Shown: positions 39,314-49,928, counted from the stretch's first letter. The stretch is DNA of 64,000 nt from an uncultured delta proteobacterium (GCA_963808235.1 CAWEEQ010000004.1:1408001-1472000), one strand, 5' to 3'. Numbers and translations are program-made. The notes: generated by a model not told the origin, from the sequence alone.

Positions 39314-40903
39314 TCAGGGAAACGGACAATTATGTTCGCCCACCACCGGCGCTGGCGCCGTCGAGATAGTCGCGTTGAGCGACGGCGAGCCGTTGAAGTC
39401 GAACATGTCCTGCAGCCGATTCGCGTTCTGGTCGCGGAGCGTAAGATGCGCCCCCTCGGGCAGGAAGCGTTGCTCGATAAATGCCAGCATCGAGGTGTGA
39501 TCGCCCACCGTATGCGAGACGTAATGCGGCTTCGCAAACGGCGAGATCACGATGAACGGCACGCGGAATCCGAGTTGGTTGAAATTCGCGCACTCCGCCG
39601 GATACGGCGCGGTCTCCTCGGTGAAGGTCGCGCAGATCGCCGCCACATCGCTCTCGCTGAATTCGCACTCCGCGCCGCCGCCCGGCATCAGGCTCGCCGG
39701 CGGGTTGGAATTGTCTTCGCATAGACCCGGATCGATACCGTCAGGATTGAGCGCTCCGCCTTGCGCGGCCGCTGGCGGCGCCACGTGATCATAGAATCCG
39801 CCGTGCTCATCGTAGGTCAGGAAGATAACCGTGTCTTTCCAGTTCGGGCTGTTGCGTACGGCGTTGATGATTTCTGAGGTGACGAATTCGCCGGCACGGA
39901 TGTCGAACGGCGGATGCTCGTCGGTCTCATAGATCGTGCCATTTATATTTTGATCGGGCGCAAAAGACGGATCGACGAACGACACCGGAGGCAGAGTCCC
40001 GGCGGCCGCGGCAGCCATGAAACTCTGCCCGCCGAAGGGACTAGTGCCAAATACCGAGCGCGCATGCGCCACCAGGAATGGAACGTGGTTGCCGCGGAAA
40101 ATTACCGAAGTCGGCAGATCCTCGAAATAGTTGAACCACTGGATATTGGACGCATCGAGCAGATCGAAGATCGACCCGGTGACCGGCTGGTAGCCGATAC
40201 TGGTGTTGAGCGGTGCCGGGTTCAAAGGGTTGATGCCCGGCGGAAAGATCTCGTTGGTCGTCACATGGCCGAACGAGGTCGCCGCCATTTCATACGACCG
40301 ATTCGGAAAAGTCGGCCCGACCACCGAGCAGAAGTAGCGATCGTCGATCGCGAAGGTCTGCGCCAACTGGTAGTAGAACGGCAGATCGTCCTGCGTGTAG
40401 AAGCCCATGGTATCGTCGTCGGTCGCCGACTCGAGCGCGTCGATCTGCTCGGTCAGGTCATTGACCAGCACGAAGCCGTTGTTGAGCGTCGTCGCCAGCG
40501 CGGCGGCCGGATTCGAAAAGTTGGCTTCGCCATGGGCGCCCTGCCAGTCGTGCTGCAGGTCCGGGCCCGGACAGTAGTTTGAATCGTGGAACGAATTGAC
40601 GGTGCTGCCGTCGTCGTCGAGGTTCGAGTTGCTGCAGGTCAGGTTGCCCGACATGTCGAAAGTGCAGCTAAGACCGTCGACGCAAGCGTGATCGCTGTTT
40701 TTGCAGGCGCCTGCGTGGTACGGGCTGCCGGGCGCGTAAGGCAACACACCCAGATAATTGTCGAACGAATGGTTCTCCTGCATGATGATGATTACGTGAT
40801 TGACCTTGTGGACGTCGCCCTCCGCGCGCGCGGTCGCGACCCACGCCCCAACTGTGACGAGCGAGCAGATCAAGCTCGCCGCTGCAATCTCCCTGTAACG
40901 CAT
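39314..40903 (-). CDS. Secreted phospholipase C/phosphoesterase family protein
   Basis: Signal peptide, HVIIIMQENHSFDNY.G, GPTFPNR, DEHP, TYDEHGGFYDHV, GFRVP..ISPF, DHTS.L. Confidence 0.95.
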   Translation of the reverse strand: MRYREIAAASLICSLVTVGAWVATARAEGDVHKVNHVIIIMQENHSFDNYLGVLPYAPGSPYHAGACKNSDHACVDGLSCTFDMSGNLTCSNSNLDDDGSTVNSFHDSNYCPGPDLQHDWQGAHGEANFSNPAAALATTLNNGFVLVNDLTEQIDALESATDDDTMGFYTQDDLPFYYQLAQTFAIDDRYFCSVVGPTFPNRSYEMAATSFGHVTTNEIFPPGINPLNPAPLNTSIGYQPVTGSIFDLLDASNIQWFNYFEDLPTSVIFRGNHVPFLVAHARSVFGTSPFGGQSFMAAAAAGTLPPVSFVDPSFAPDQNINGTIYETDEHPPFDIRAGEFVTSEIINAVRNSPNWKDTVIFLTYDEHGGFYDHVAPPAAAQGGALNPDGIDPGLCEDNSNPPASLMPGGGAECEFSESDVAAICATFTEETAPYPAECANFNQLGFRVPFIVISPFAKPHYVSHTVGDHTSMLAFIEQRFLPEGAHLTLRDQNANRLQDMFDFNGSPSLNATISTAPAPVVGEHNCPFP

Positions 40904-41262
40904 TCGATTTCCTCCCGAACGCGGGGTGGGTTGCTTTGGCGCGCGTTAACCCCGAAACTGCGCGCGCCAAAGTAAAAAAGTAAATGGCTGCGTACGTAGC
41001 CTTCTATTATGAAATCGCCGTAAGCCGTTCGACGCAATATTAAATCTTGACTATGAGCGACAGCGTCGCGTCCTGACTGATTTCATTGTCATTACGCACG
41101 CTACGGCACGGCAGCAGCGGTCGTTTCGTGGGCGGCGACTCGCAGACTTTCTACACGGGTTCTCTTTACGCCGCGCAGCGAGTCTCGCAGTTCTGCGAAA
41201 TTCTGATGGATCATTGTTTGCTTCCTTGATCGCCAGGTCGTGCACGTCACGGAGGTGATCAC

Positions 41263-42090
41263 ATGCGCTTTTTTCACATCCGCTTTTTTCACGTAAATGA
41301 CATCCGGCCCGCAGCACGAATTTCCATTTATCTAGCGCTGGCGATGGTATTCGTCGCATGCGCCAAGGTTTCACTGACTCCCCGACCCGCGGAGGTTGCC
41401 AACCCGGTCGCTGTCTCTGACGCCCTCGACACGGCGCAAACTCCTCCGGTGCAGGTTGCGGTTCGCGATTTCGATTTCGCGCCGTCGTCGGTGCACGAAA
41501 ATGGCAGCCCGCTTCATCGGGGAATCGATCTGTTCCGACGTAGCTCAGCAGAGCAGCGTCGCGTCGCGATCGGTCGCGATGTATCCGCGAACCTTTCGGC
41601 CCACGCCGCGAAAGACCTCGCCAGGATGGGTCTACCGGCGGTGCGAATCCCGCACGACAGCGATATGCCCTTGTACGACAACACGCTCCTCGTCACCGGC
41701 CGTCTGAGCCACGTCGATGAAGGCAATCGCTTCACCCGCATCGCAGTTGGTCTTGGCGCCGGAGAGTCGAGCCTCGTGACTGAGGTCCATGTGTATCGCG
41801 TGATGCGTGGGGAGCGCGCCGAAGTGCTCTCCTTCACCACCTACGCCGACAGCGGAAGGATGCCGGGGCTCTTACCCGCGATGGGAGTTGGGGAGTTCGT
41901 GGTGGGACCGGTCACCTTGATCACCGCGGTTGAGGATGCGGCGTCGAGCGGACAGAAGATCTACGCGTCGCAGATCGAATACCTGGCCGGCAAGAGCGCC
42001 GATCAGGTGGCTGACTATCTCTCCCAATACTCCGCCGATGAAGGTTGGATTCCTCGAAGTAAAGCGAAATCGGTCAAATTGGCTGGCTGA
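41263..42090 (+). CDS. DUF4410-like lipoprotein
   Basis: GGAGGTG SD; lipobox FVAC; VDEGNR..R.A.GLGAG.S, SG.MPG. Confidence 0.8.
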   Translation: MRFFHIRFFHVNDIRPAARISIYLALAMVFVACAKVSLTPRPAEVANPVAVSDALDTAQTPPVQVAVRDFDFAPSSVHENGSPLHRGIDLFRRSSAEQRRVAIGRDVSANLSAHAAKDLARMGLPAVRIPHDSDMPLYDNTLLVTGRLSHVDEGNRFTRIAVGLGAGESSLVTEVHVYRVMRGERAEVLSFTTYADSGRMPGLLPAMGVGEFVVGPVTLITAVEDAASSGQKIYASQIEYLAGKSADQVADYLSQYSADEGWIPRSKAKSVKLAG

Positions 42091-42318
42091 TCCTGGGGCC
42101 TAAGAGGAATCGATTCTGTGAATAAAATTCCTTCACGGTACAGGAGCGTGATCGTTCGATTCGCTTGGAAATTCGAGGGCATGCTTCTTGCCTCTTCAGA
42201 GTCAGGACCAAAATACGCCGAAGGCGTTTGGCGCCGTCCCCACCATCACCGATTCGCGCGGTTCCAGGCACCTCGAATCAGGCACTTCGAATAAAGACCT
42301 CCGGCCAGGAGCAGTTCA

Positions 42319-43008
42319 ATGAATACTTTGCGCAATTATTTTGGCACCAGAGAATTGCTCATCACGGGGGTCGTCCTTGTCCTCCTGTCTGGATGCGCAT
42401 CGCATCAGCAAGCGCCGCAGCCCGCGGCCATTGCCGCTCCGGCTCCTGAAACCGCAGCGCCAAGTGCGCAAGCGATTCGCGCCAAATCGTCAGCGACGCG
42501 CGCCCAGATATCGCCTGAAGCATCGACCAAGGCAAACACTGCGATGGTTCTGGCGCAGATACATCAGAACAACCTGATGGAAGTCGAGATGGCCAAGATC
42601 GCCCGGGAAAAAGGTTCGACTAGCGGGGTTCGCTCTTACGCCGATCAGCTGGTCCAGGATCATACCAGTCTCGATCAGATGGTAATTGCGATGGCGCAGA
42701 AGAGCGGAAGTGGAAGTCTCAAAGCGGTACGCCGCGCGGCTCACGAGAGCGCCGATGAAAAAGCCGTCGAGCAGAAAATGAAGTCCGCTAACGGCGCCAA
42801 ATTCGACAAGATTTTCTTGCAGCAGGCCAGTGCCGATCACGATCGACTGATCCGCAAGCTCCAGCAAGCGCGCGAGGACGCCAGCAACGACGAACTCGAG
42901 GCGTTGATCGACAAGATGGTTCCGATCCTCGAACAGCATAAAGAACTCGCTCAAATTCTTATGAATAAGGAGCAGGCCTCTGGCCAGGCCAATCCGATCC
43001 ATGGCTGA
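42319..43008 (+). CDS. DUF4142 (ferritin-like) lipoprotein
   Basis: Lipobox LSGC; N..EV..A..A..K...VR.YA...V.DH, G..FD..FL....DH, P.LEQH..LA. Confidence 0.85.
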   Translation: MNTLRNYFGTRELLITGVVLVLLSGCASHQQAPQPAAIAAPAPETAAPSAQAIRAKSSATRAQISPEASTKANTAMVLAQIHQNNLMEVEMAKIAREKGSTSGVRSYADQLVQDHTSLDQMVIAMAQKSGSGSLKAVRRAAHESADEKAVEQKMKSANGAKFDKIFLQQASADHDRLIRKLQQAREDASNDELEALIDKMVPILEQHKELAQILMNKEQASGQANPIHG

Positions 43009-43591
43009 ACAACGAGTGACAATTATCCGAGAAACAATTAGCGAAGACAGTGCGCCCTTTTCGCGCACGTCGCCGGGCGCACGATTAGCCGCGGGGATCG
43101 TCGCGGGAACAATCGGCGGCCTCCTCATGATCGGGTTCATGATGGGCTATGCGCAGTCCATCGGTACAGATTTGATGATGCCGCTCAAAGCTCTCGGCGC
43201 GTTCGTGTACGGGGTCGAAGCGTTGGTGATAGGCCCCGACGCGATCCTGGCTGGCGCGCTCATTCAAATGGGATCCGCGATCGTCGTCGGAATTCTATTC
43301 GCGATGTTTATTTCCCGACGAACTTCGACAATCGCAGCGATGTGCGCGGGATTCATCTTTGCAATCGCTATCTGGGTGGCGATGGATTTGTATGTGCTGC
43401 CGTACCAGAACCCGACGATGTCGGCGCGGATCAGCATGATGCCGCTGGCGTATATCATCGCGCATCTCCTCTATGGTCTCGGTCTCGGGATGACTCCCGT
43501 CTTCATCCGAGCGTTCTCCAAAGAGCGTCGGCTCGATAGAGAGCGTCACGATCATCCGAACGCACACGCCGCACAAACCCAGTCGATCTGA
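43001..43591 (+). CDS. Four-TM hypothetical membrane protein
   Basis: AGIVAG.IGG N-terminal helix and HLLYGL.LG C-terminal helix; overlaps the upstream gene by 8 nt. Confidence 0.75.
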   Translation: MAEQRVTIIRETISEDSAPFSRTSPGARLAAGIVAGTIGGLLMIGFMMGYAQSIGTDLMMPLKALGAFVYGVEALVIGPDAILAGALIQMGSAIVVGILFAMFISRRTSTIAAMCAGFIFAIAIWVAMDLYVLPYQNPTMSARISMMPLAYIIAHLLYGLGLGMTPVFIRAFSKERRLDRERHDHPNAHAAQTQSI

Positions 43592-43610
43592 TTTAGAGGA
43601 CGCAAAATCG

Positions 43611-45278
43611 ATGAGCACCCGTACCACACGCGGGTTTTCTGAGATCCCAAAAGAGCCCGTGCCCTACCGCGTTTCGTCGGCGAGCGCCTATCGGAAACAT
43701 CCGATTCTGTTCTGGATCGGAGGCGTCTTCGCGGCTCTGATTGTCGCTTTGTTCATCGCGTCGTTCTTCCTCGATGACATGATACGGGCGCGAACCCAAA
43801 TCGCGATGAACCAGAAGCTCAAGGGCTACCATGTCGCGCTCGGACATGCGCACCTGCAGATGGTAGGCGGAATTCTCACCTTGAATGGCCTCAAGGTCAT
43901 TCAGCAGGCGCATCCGAATCCGGCCGTCGCCGACATTCCGATGATGCGCTTCCACATCCAGGTGAAAGAGCTTTTCTCACGGCGGGTAGTGGCCGACGTG
44001 CTCCTTTCGCATCCGAAGGTTCACATCGATCAGACCCAGTTGGTCGCGGAAAAGAAATCCAACGTCCCGCTCCGGCAAAAGGGATGGCAAGACGCGCTCG
44101 AAGCCGCCTACCCATTCAAGATCAACCGGTTCACTATCGATAGCGGCGATGTCGTCTATATCCAGGATGCGATCAATCCGCCCCTCCATCTGGCGCGGCT
44201 CAACTTCACGACCGATAACATCCGCAACATCCACGCGCCCAACAACGCCTACCCGTCCAAGTTCCACACTAACCTGGTGATCTTCGACACCGGCAAGGCA
44301 ACTATCGACGGCCACGCCAACTTCCTTGAAGAGCCTTTCCCCGGTGCTCGCGCGCAGTACACGATTGAGAACGTACCGCTGAGCGCGTTCGATCCCCAGA
44401 TTCGCCAGATCAATGTGGCCGTATCCGGCGGCAAGCTGTCCAGCAACGGCCTGCTCGAGTACTCGCCTAAGGTGACCCGAGTCGAGGTCGACAATGCGAC
44501 CGTAGATAAAGTTGCGCTCGGCTACCTTCATGCGCCTTCGACTCAGCAAGCCGAGGCGAAGCGCGTCGAGGCAACCGGCAAGCAGATCGAGAAGCAGAAC
44601 AACCGGCCGGCGGTCGATATCAGCGTGCGTGAGTTCGACGTCACCAACAGCAGTTTCTCGTATACCGACCAGACCAAACAGCCGGCCTATCGGCTATTTC
44701 TCGCCGACAGCGACCTCACCCTGAAGAATCTGTCCAACCATCAGCACCAGGGGCCAGCGGCTCTCACTCTTCGCGGCAAGTTCATGGGCTCCGGCGATAC
44801 CAGCCTGTCGGGTAATTGTCTTGCCAGCCAAAATGGACCCGCGGTCGACGTGAATCTCGCGGTCCAAAACACTGACATGCCCTCGATGAACGACATTCTG
44901 CGCGCCTACGGGCGATTCGACGTCGCGGCCGGCCAGTTCACCGTCTTCTCCGAGATCAAAATAAGAGACCGCGAGATCAGTGGCTATGTAAAGCCGATGT
45001 TCTCGAACCTCCAGGTTTACAACTACCAGAAAGACAAAGGCACCGGCGTCCTGCATCAGGCCAAGGAGTTAATGATCGGCGGCGCCTCCCATCTCTTCAA
45101 GAATCGCAGCACCCAGCAAGTCGCAACCAAGGTCGACCTGACCGGCAAACTCACCGGGCCCGATATCTCCAACTGGCAAGCGTTCGTCGAAGTGGTCCAC
45201 AACGCATTCATCCAGGCGATCCTCCCCGGCTTCGATCGCGCCGTCCGTCCCGACAACAACGTAGACGCCAGCAAATAA
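43611..45278 (+). CDS. DUF748 (AsmA-like) domain protein
   Basis: N-terminal TM, repeated beta-rich segments, GYVKP, VAT.VDL.G....P....W.....NAFI.AI.PG. Confidence 0.85.
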   Translation: MSTRTTRGFSEIPKEPVPYRVSSASAYRKHPILFWIGGVFAALIVALFIASFFLDDMIRARTQIAMNQKLKGYHVALGHAHLQMVGGILTLNGLKVIQQAHPNPAVADIPMMRFHIQVKELFSRRVVADVLLSHPKVHIDQTQLVAEKKSNVPLRQKGWQDALEAAYPFKINRFTIDSGDVVYIQDAINPPLHLARLNFTTDNIRNIHAPNNAYPSKFHTNLVIFDTGKATIDGHANFLEEPFPGARAQYTIENVPLSAFDPQIRQINVAVSGGKLSSNGLLEYSPKVTRVEVDNATVDKVALGYLHAPSTQQAEAKRVEATGKQIEKQNNRPAVDISVREFDVTNSSFSYTDQTKQPAYRLFLADSDLTLKNLSNHQHQGPAALTLRGKFMGSGDTSLSGNCLASQNGPAVDVNLAVQNTDMPSMNDILRAYGRFDVAAGQFTVFSEIKIRDREISGYVKPMFSNLQVYNYQKDKGTGVLHQAKELMIGGASHLFKNRSTQQVATKVDLTGKLTGPDISNWQAFVEVVHNAFIQAILPGFDRAVRPDNNVDASK

Positions 45279-45335
45279 CCGCATCGCTCACTGGCTGCCC
45301 CAAACCCTCCTAACAGGGCGAAGCCCGCATCCTGA

Positions 45336-45412
45336 TTTTTCCTCACTCAGGTGCAGGGGCATGGCCCCTGCCGGCGGAAGTGTGAAACCGCCGCCGGTTT
45401 CACACTTAAATT
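45336..45412 (+). repeat. Two-hairpin palindromic repeat element
   Basis: CAGGTGCAGGGG-CATGG-CCCCTGC then GTGTGAAACC...GGTTTCACAC-TTAAATT; homologous to inverted copies at 53361-53443 and 53572-53621. Confidence 0.85.
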
Positions 45413-45433
45413 AGTGAATTATTTGCCCGGATC

Positions 45434-46363
45434 TTACGAAGCAGCCGCGTTCGCGGTCGCGAGCAGATTGTCGCGCAGGAATGCGCGCATTTCCGGCTCA
45501 GCTTTCTTGCCCAGGTCATGCGACAGTTGCGGGAAGTACAGCGTCGATACTTTCGCGCCGCGTGCACGCAGCGCGTCGGCCAGCTTCACCGCCTGCCGCA
45601 CCGGCATATTGTTGTCGCGCTCACCGTGCATGATCAGCACGCTGATCTCCAGCTTGGGCGGCAGATGCGCCATCACGCTGCGTTCTTTCAGCACCCGCTT
45701 GCTCGGCCATACTTCGCGCAGGATCGAAAGCTTGGTGCGCAGCGGCGCTTCGGGCCACAGCGACACCATGTCGTAGCATCCCGATTGCAGGATCAGCGCG
45801 CGCGGACGCGTGTCGTAGTCCATCAGCAGACCGGCGGCGACGGCGCCATGCCCGAGTCCCCATACCGCGAGCCGCGTCGAATCGACGTCATTGCGCGCGG
45901 CCAGCAAGTCGAGGGCCCGGCGCGACGCAAGCACCGATGGTTCCCCGACGAATCGGCTGGGGCCTGACGACCCGCCGTAGCCGGGTAGATTCACGCACGC
46001 GACCTGGATTCCCATCGCGGCGACGCTCTGGCTCATCTGGAGACATTTCTCGACGCTGTCCTGCTCTCCATTGAGGACCAGCAATCCCGGCCGCCTACCC
46101 TGCTCCTCGGTATGAGTCAGGTATCCGACGATATGAAACTGATGAGGTCCGTCGGTGACGTCGAAATTGAACTGGGCGACGTTCTTGTAGTTCGCGGCGG
46201 GCGACTTTCCTGGAATCCGGCACGCGCAGATTGCGATAGAAGTCGCTAGCGCCATCAGTGCGAAGCTCGCCCTTGCTACTGAACCAATAATGTCGCGGCG
46301 GAGAACAACGTGAAGCTCGTCCCTTGCAGTAGTAGAAAAAGGGAGCGGACCATCCGATGCCAT
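45434..46363 (-). CDS. Alpha/beta hydrolase (S9/DLH-like) lacking the nucleophile Ser
   Basis: PGYGGSSG, VD..RLAVWGLGHGA, LIMHGERD, H near the C-terminus; hydrophobic segment with lipobox-like CAC; start uncertain. Confidence 0.8.
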   Translation of the reverse strand: MASDGPLPFSTTARDELHVVLRRDIIGSVARASFALMALATSIAICACRIPGKSPAANYKNVAQFNFDVTDGPHQFHIVGYLTHTEEQGRRPGLLVLNGEQDSVEKCLQMSQSVAAMGIQVACVNLPGYGGSSGPSRFVGEPSVLASRRALDLLAARNDVDSTRLAVWGLGHGAVAAGLLMDYDTRPRALILQSGCYDMVSLWPEAPLRTKLSILREVWPSKRVLKERSVMAHLPPKLEISVLIMHGERDNNMPVRQAVKLADALRARGAKVSTLYFPQLSHDLGKKAEPEMRAFLRDNLLATANAAAS

Positions 46364-46497
46364 AGCATCGGGTAATCTACTCGTATGGTTACAAATAGGG
46401 AACAGGCTGATTACCTTGTCTGGAAGCGCGTTTGGGCGTAGCGCCCGTTCAGCAGCTTCGGCCACAGGATCCGCGGCGACATCGGAGCCGCTCCGGC

Positions 46498-46522
46498 CAC
46501 TGGGTCCAGGGGTCACCCCTGG
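46498..46522 (+). repeat. Short variant of the palindromic repeat
   Basis: CACTGGGTCCAGGGG-TCA-CCCCTGG; paired G>C and C>G changes relative to the other copies. Confidence 0.75.
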
Positions 46523-46606
46523 CGCGTTGAATCGCGCCCCGCTTTCTCGGATACTTCCTGATTCGACAATCGACTTCATGGACGGCGAGTACGTCTTGCA
46601 ACGGCA

Positions 46607-47029
46607 ATGGAAACCCGGAACCCATCGGCGGTAATAGACTTCGACAAAAATGGCGGCGTGGTCGCGGCGATCGCCGTCGATCACTTGAGCAATCGCGTCC
46701 TCACCGTCGCCTACATGAACCGCGAGGCATTCGAAGAGACCGTCGCGACCGGACGCGCGTGCTACTTCTCGCGCTCGCGCAAGAAACTCTGGCGCAAGGG
46801 CGAGGAGTCGGGAAACTTTCAAATCGTCCGCGAAATACGCGTCGATTGCGACGCCGACGCGCTTGTGATCGCAGTCGAGCAGCGCGGCGACGGCGCCGCT
46901 TGTCACGAGGGCTACGAGTCATGCTTCTTCCGGGTCCTCGACAACGGCGAATGGAAAATCGTCGAGCAACGCAAAGTCGATCCGGCCAAGTACGGCCCCG
47001 GCTACGGACATCAAGCCAAAAAGGCATGA
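46607..47029 (+). CDS. hisI: Phosphoribosyl-AMP cyclohydrolase
   Basis: [35 protein letters not shown]. Confidence 0.96.
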   Translation: METRNPSAVIDFDKNGGVVAAIAVDHLSNRVLTVAYMNREAFEETVATGRACYFSRSRKKLWRKGEESGNFQIVREIRVDCDADALVIAVEQRGDGAACHEGYESCFFRVLDNGEWKIVEQRKVDPAKYGPGYGHQAKKA

Positions 47030-47042
47030 GAACGTCAATCAG

Positions 47043-47945
47043 ATGCCGGCTGATAAAGTTCTGAAATTCGGAATCCCCAAGGGCAGCTTGGAGAATCAGA
47101 CGCTCGAGCTGATGCGCAAATCGGGATGGCGCATCTCGGTCGGCTCGCGCTCCTACATCCCGAGCGTCGACGATCCCGAACTGAGTTGCCGTATCCTGCG
47201 CCCGCAGGAGATGCCCCGGTACATCGCCGACGGCTCGCTCGACGCCGGCATCACCGGCAGCGACTGGATCGTGGAGAACAACGTCCGGCTGCATCAGGTC
47301 GAAAGCTTCGTCTACGCCAAGGCCACGCTGACTCCCTCGCGATGGGTGCTCTGCGTGCGCGACGACTCGCCGGTCAAGCGACTCGAGGATCTCGAGGGCA
47401 AGCGAATCGCGACCGAGATCGTTCAGTTCGTCAAACGAATCCTGGCCGAACGTAAAGTCAAAGCTGAAGTTGAATTCTCATGGGGCGCGACTGAGGCCAA
47501 GGTCGCCGAAGGAATTATCGAGGCCGCCGTCAACGTCACCGAAACCGGCTCGTCGCTGCGCGCCAACGGTCTTCGCATCGTCGAGGAGCTGTTGATCTCA
47601 AATCCGGTCCTGGTCGCGAACCCGCAGGCATGGGCCGATCCATGGAAGCAGGCCAAGACGCGCCAGCTGGGCGTGCTGATCCGCGGCGCGCTCGACGCCG
47701 AGAACCGGGTCGGGATCAAAATGAACGTAGCCAAAGAAAACATCGAGAAGGTAATCGCGCTGCTGCCCTCGATCACCGCGCCGACGATCTCGCATCTGTA
47801 CCCGTCGCCCGCGCTCAAGGGAATAGAATGGCTGGCGGTCGAGACCGTCATCGCGGAGCACACCGTCCGTGAGTTGTTCCCAAAATTGCTGGCAGCCGGC
47901 GCAGTCGGAATCGTCGAGTACCCGCTAAACAAAATAATCGGCTGA
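47043..47945 (+). CDS. hisG: ATP phosphoribosyltransferase (long form)
   Basis: GIPKGSL, RPQEMP, DAGITG.DW, SWGATE.K, ETGSSL.ANGL, C-terminal regulatory domain (PTIS.L, GA.GIVEY). Confidence 0.96.
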   Translation: MPADKVLKFGIPKGSLENQTLELMRKSGWRISVGSRSYIPSVDDPELSCRILRPQEMPRYIADGSLDAGITGSDWIVENNVRLHQVESFVYAKATLTPSRWVLCVRDDSPVKRLEDLEGKRIATEIVQFVKRILAERKVKAEVEFSWGATEAKVAEGIIEAAVNVTETGSSLRANGLRIVEELLISNPVLVANPQAWADPWKQAKTRQLGVLIRGALDAENRVGIKMNVAKENIEKVIALLPSITAPTISHLYPSPALKGIEWLAVETVIAEHTVRELFPKLLAAGAVGIVEYPLNKIIG

Positions 47946-48013
47946 CCCCGATCTGATTCCTTTCTTCTGCCCGTTGTGGCACAAGTGAAATACCACTCGC
48001 GGAGGTCGCCATC

Positions 48014-48709
48014 ATGGGTCTACCCAACGGAGTTCACCACCTCGCCATCTGCACCAAGGACATCAAGAAGCAGATCGAATACTTCACCGACGTTGTCGGG
48101 ATGGAGCTGGTCGCGCTCTATTGGATGCACGGCGTCGACAACACCTTCCACGGCTTCCTCAAGATGAGCGACAGCTCGTCGATCGCCTTCGTGCAGCATC
48201 CCGAGGTCGCGACGATTCAACCGATCAAAGGCGTCTCGCACGCCGGGCATACCACGCAGAACGTCGCGCCCGGTGCGATGCAACATCTGGCGCTCAACGT
48301 CGATACCTACGAAGACCTGATGGCGATTCGCGACCGCGTCCGCGCGCGTGGTCACTGGATCATGGGTCCGCTCGATCACGGTTTCTGCAAGTCGATTTAC
48401 CTGGCCGCGCCGGAGGGAATCATGCTCGAGTTCTCGACCTCGGAGGGCGGCTCGATCGATGCCGAAGCGTGGATCGATCCCGAGGTGATGGCGCTGGCGG
48501 GAATCAGTCCTGATGAGGTCGAGAAGTACAAGCATCCGGCGGCGTTCGAATCGAAAGGCGGCAAAGTCGCGCAGCCCAAACCCGATCCGTCGAAGCCGCT
48601 GATGGATTATCCCGCCGACGATCGCATCTGGACGATGAGCGACGAGGAAGTGCACCGCCGCATGAGCAATACAACGCCGCCAGTCCAGAAAAAGCCCAAA
48701 GCCGCCTGA
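48014..48709 (+). CDS. VOC family protein (glyoxalase/dioxygenase-like)
   Basis: GVHHLAI, MQHLAL, DHGFCKSIY...PEG..LEF; GGAGG SD. Confidence 0.9.
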   Translation: MGLPNGVHHLAICTKDIKKQIEYFTDVVGMELVALYWMHGVDNTFHGFLKMSDSSSIAFVQHPEVATIQPIKGVSHAGHTTQNVAPGAMQHLALNVDTYEDLMAIRDRVRARGHWIMGPLDHGFCKSIYLAAPEGIMLEFSTSEGGSIDAEAWIDPEVMALAGISPDEVEKYKHPAAFESKGGKVAQPKPDPSKPLMDYPADDRIWTMSDEEVHRRMSNTTPPVQKKPKAA

Positions 48710-48962
48710 CATTTTTTCCGGATCGGGCTGTTTTTCGTGCCTTGCCGAGTCTTGCCGGCGAGTCTCGGCGGTCGAGTTTTGACAACCAAGTTTTGCAGTG
48801 AGGAAATTGTTGCTGTTCAACACGAACCCTATTGTAGCGGGTTAGTTGGACAACCGTTGTCCTGAGCTCGGTGCGTCAAGCAGCGCAGCGGCGGATTGGA
48901 CGTTCGCGGTCTGATTTAGTAATTATCCGTGCGCTGATTCCGAGGGCCGCTGATTCCGGGGG

Positions 48963-49175
48963 ATGAAAGCGCTGCGGAAGATCGCACCTGCGCTTTTATG
49001 CGCCGCGCGCACGCGCGGTGGCGGAACGCTGCACCCTACTCTGGTTGCTCTCCTGATTGCGCTTGCGACCTTATCGATCGGCGGCGTCGCGCGCGCCGAC
49101 AAGTGCAAAGATCTGAAGTTCGACCACGATCCATGGGGCGGGCGCGGCGGGCGATACTGCGCTGCTGGAGACGAT
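48963..49175 (+). pseudogene. Possible remnant of a secreted-protein gene truncated by the 350-bp repeat
   Basis: MKALRK... hydrophobic stretch ending ARA-DKCKDLKFDHDPW; the reading frame runs into the repeat at 49176. Confidence 0.35.
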
Positions 49176-49528
49176 CGCGTGCCCTCAGCGGAGTCGAAGT
49201 GTTTTGCGCCGAGAAAGATCCGGGGTTCCTCGGCTTAGCTCGGAATGACACAAAAAGGCACGTGCGAGGATGGCGATTGGTCCGTTCACGTTCACGCCGT
49301 AGCGCGTTTTCATCTTCGGACGTTGGGCACGGATTTCAGTTTGCCCAGTGGAGGAAATCCTCGCGGCGAGCAGCGAGAACGGGCGGGCGCCCTCACCCGT
49401 CGCGCGGAGCGCGACAACCTCTCCCGAAGGGAGAGGCGTAAGGGGTGTGTGCACGACATCGAACTGAACCAGCGCGGGACATTGAAGGCTTCGCGACTCA
49501 GACCTCGGTTTGTTGCGGACATTGCGAT
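49176..49528 (+). repeat. ~350-bp composite REP-containing repeat, copy 1
   Basis: Highly similar to 50378-50728; contains GTGCCCTCAGCGGAGTCGAAG, TTCCTCGGCTT(A/C)GCTCGGAATGACA and CCCTCACCCG...CCTCTCCCGAAGGGAGAGG. Confidence 0.92.
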
Positions 49529-49603
49529 ATGGAAGAACTTCCTTGCCAACATAGCTGCGCTCTGCGCGGGAGGTAGCGAACTATTATCCCTTTCAGTTCA
49601 GCA

Positions 49604-49879
49604 ATGATCCTCTTCTTCGTCCTAATAGCGTACGTTTTGCCGGCGAGCGTGCTGGGAGTAGTTGCGAGCGGGCTTACCAGTGTGGTGCTACGGCAACATT
49701 GGGGCATCAGAGCAGCTGCCCTGGATATCGTATTTGCATCGGTGCTTATGGTTCTTTCGATGTTCGTGCTTGGGGTCATATATGCCAGCCGAACTACTGT
49801 CTCATTCTCTGAATTGCGCGGGGTGGGCTTGACTATCTCAACGGCTAGCGTTGTTGTGAGGCATCTCATCTTCCTCTGA
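49604..49879 (+). CDS. Small three-TM hypothetical protein (visibly lower GC than flanks)
   Basis: 91-aa highly hydrophobic ORF between the direct repeats. Confidence 0.55.
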   Translation: MILFFVLIAYVLPASVLGVVASGLTSVVLRQHWGIRAAALDIVFASVLMVLSMFVLGVIYASRTTVSFSELRGVGLTISTASVVVRHLIFL

Positions 49880-49928
49880 CAACGAAACTTGACTCCGCGA
49901 GGGCCTGCGCAAGGATGAGGGGCTGTTC

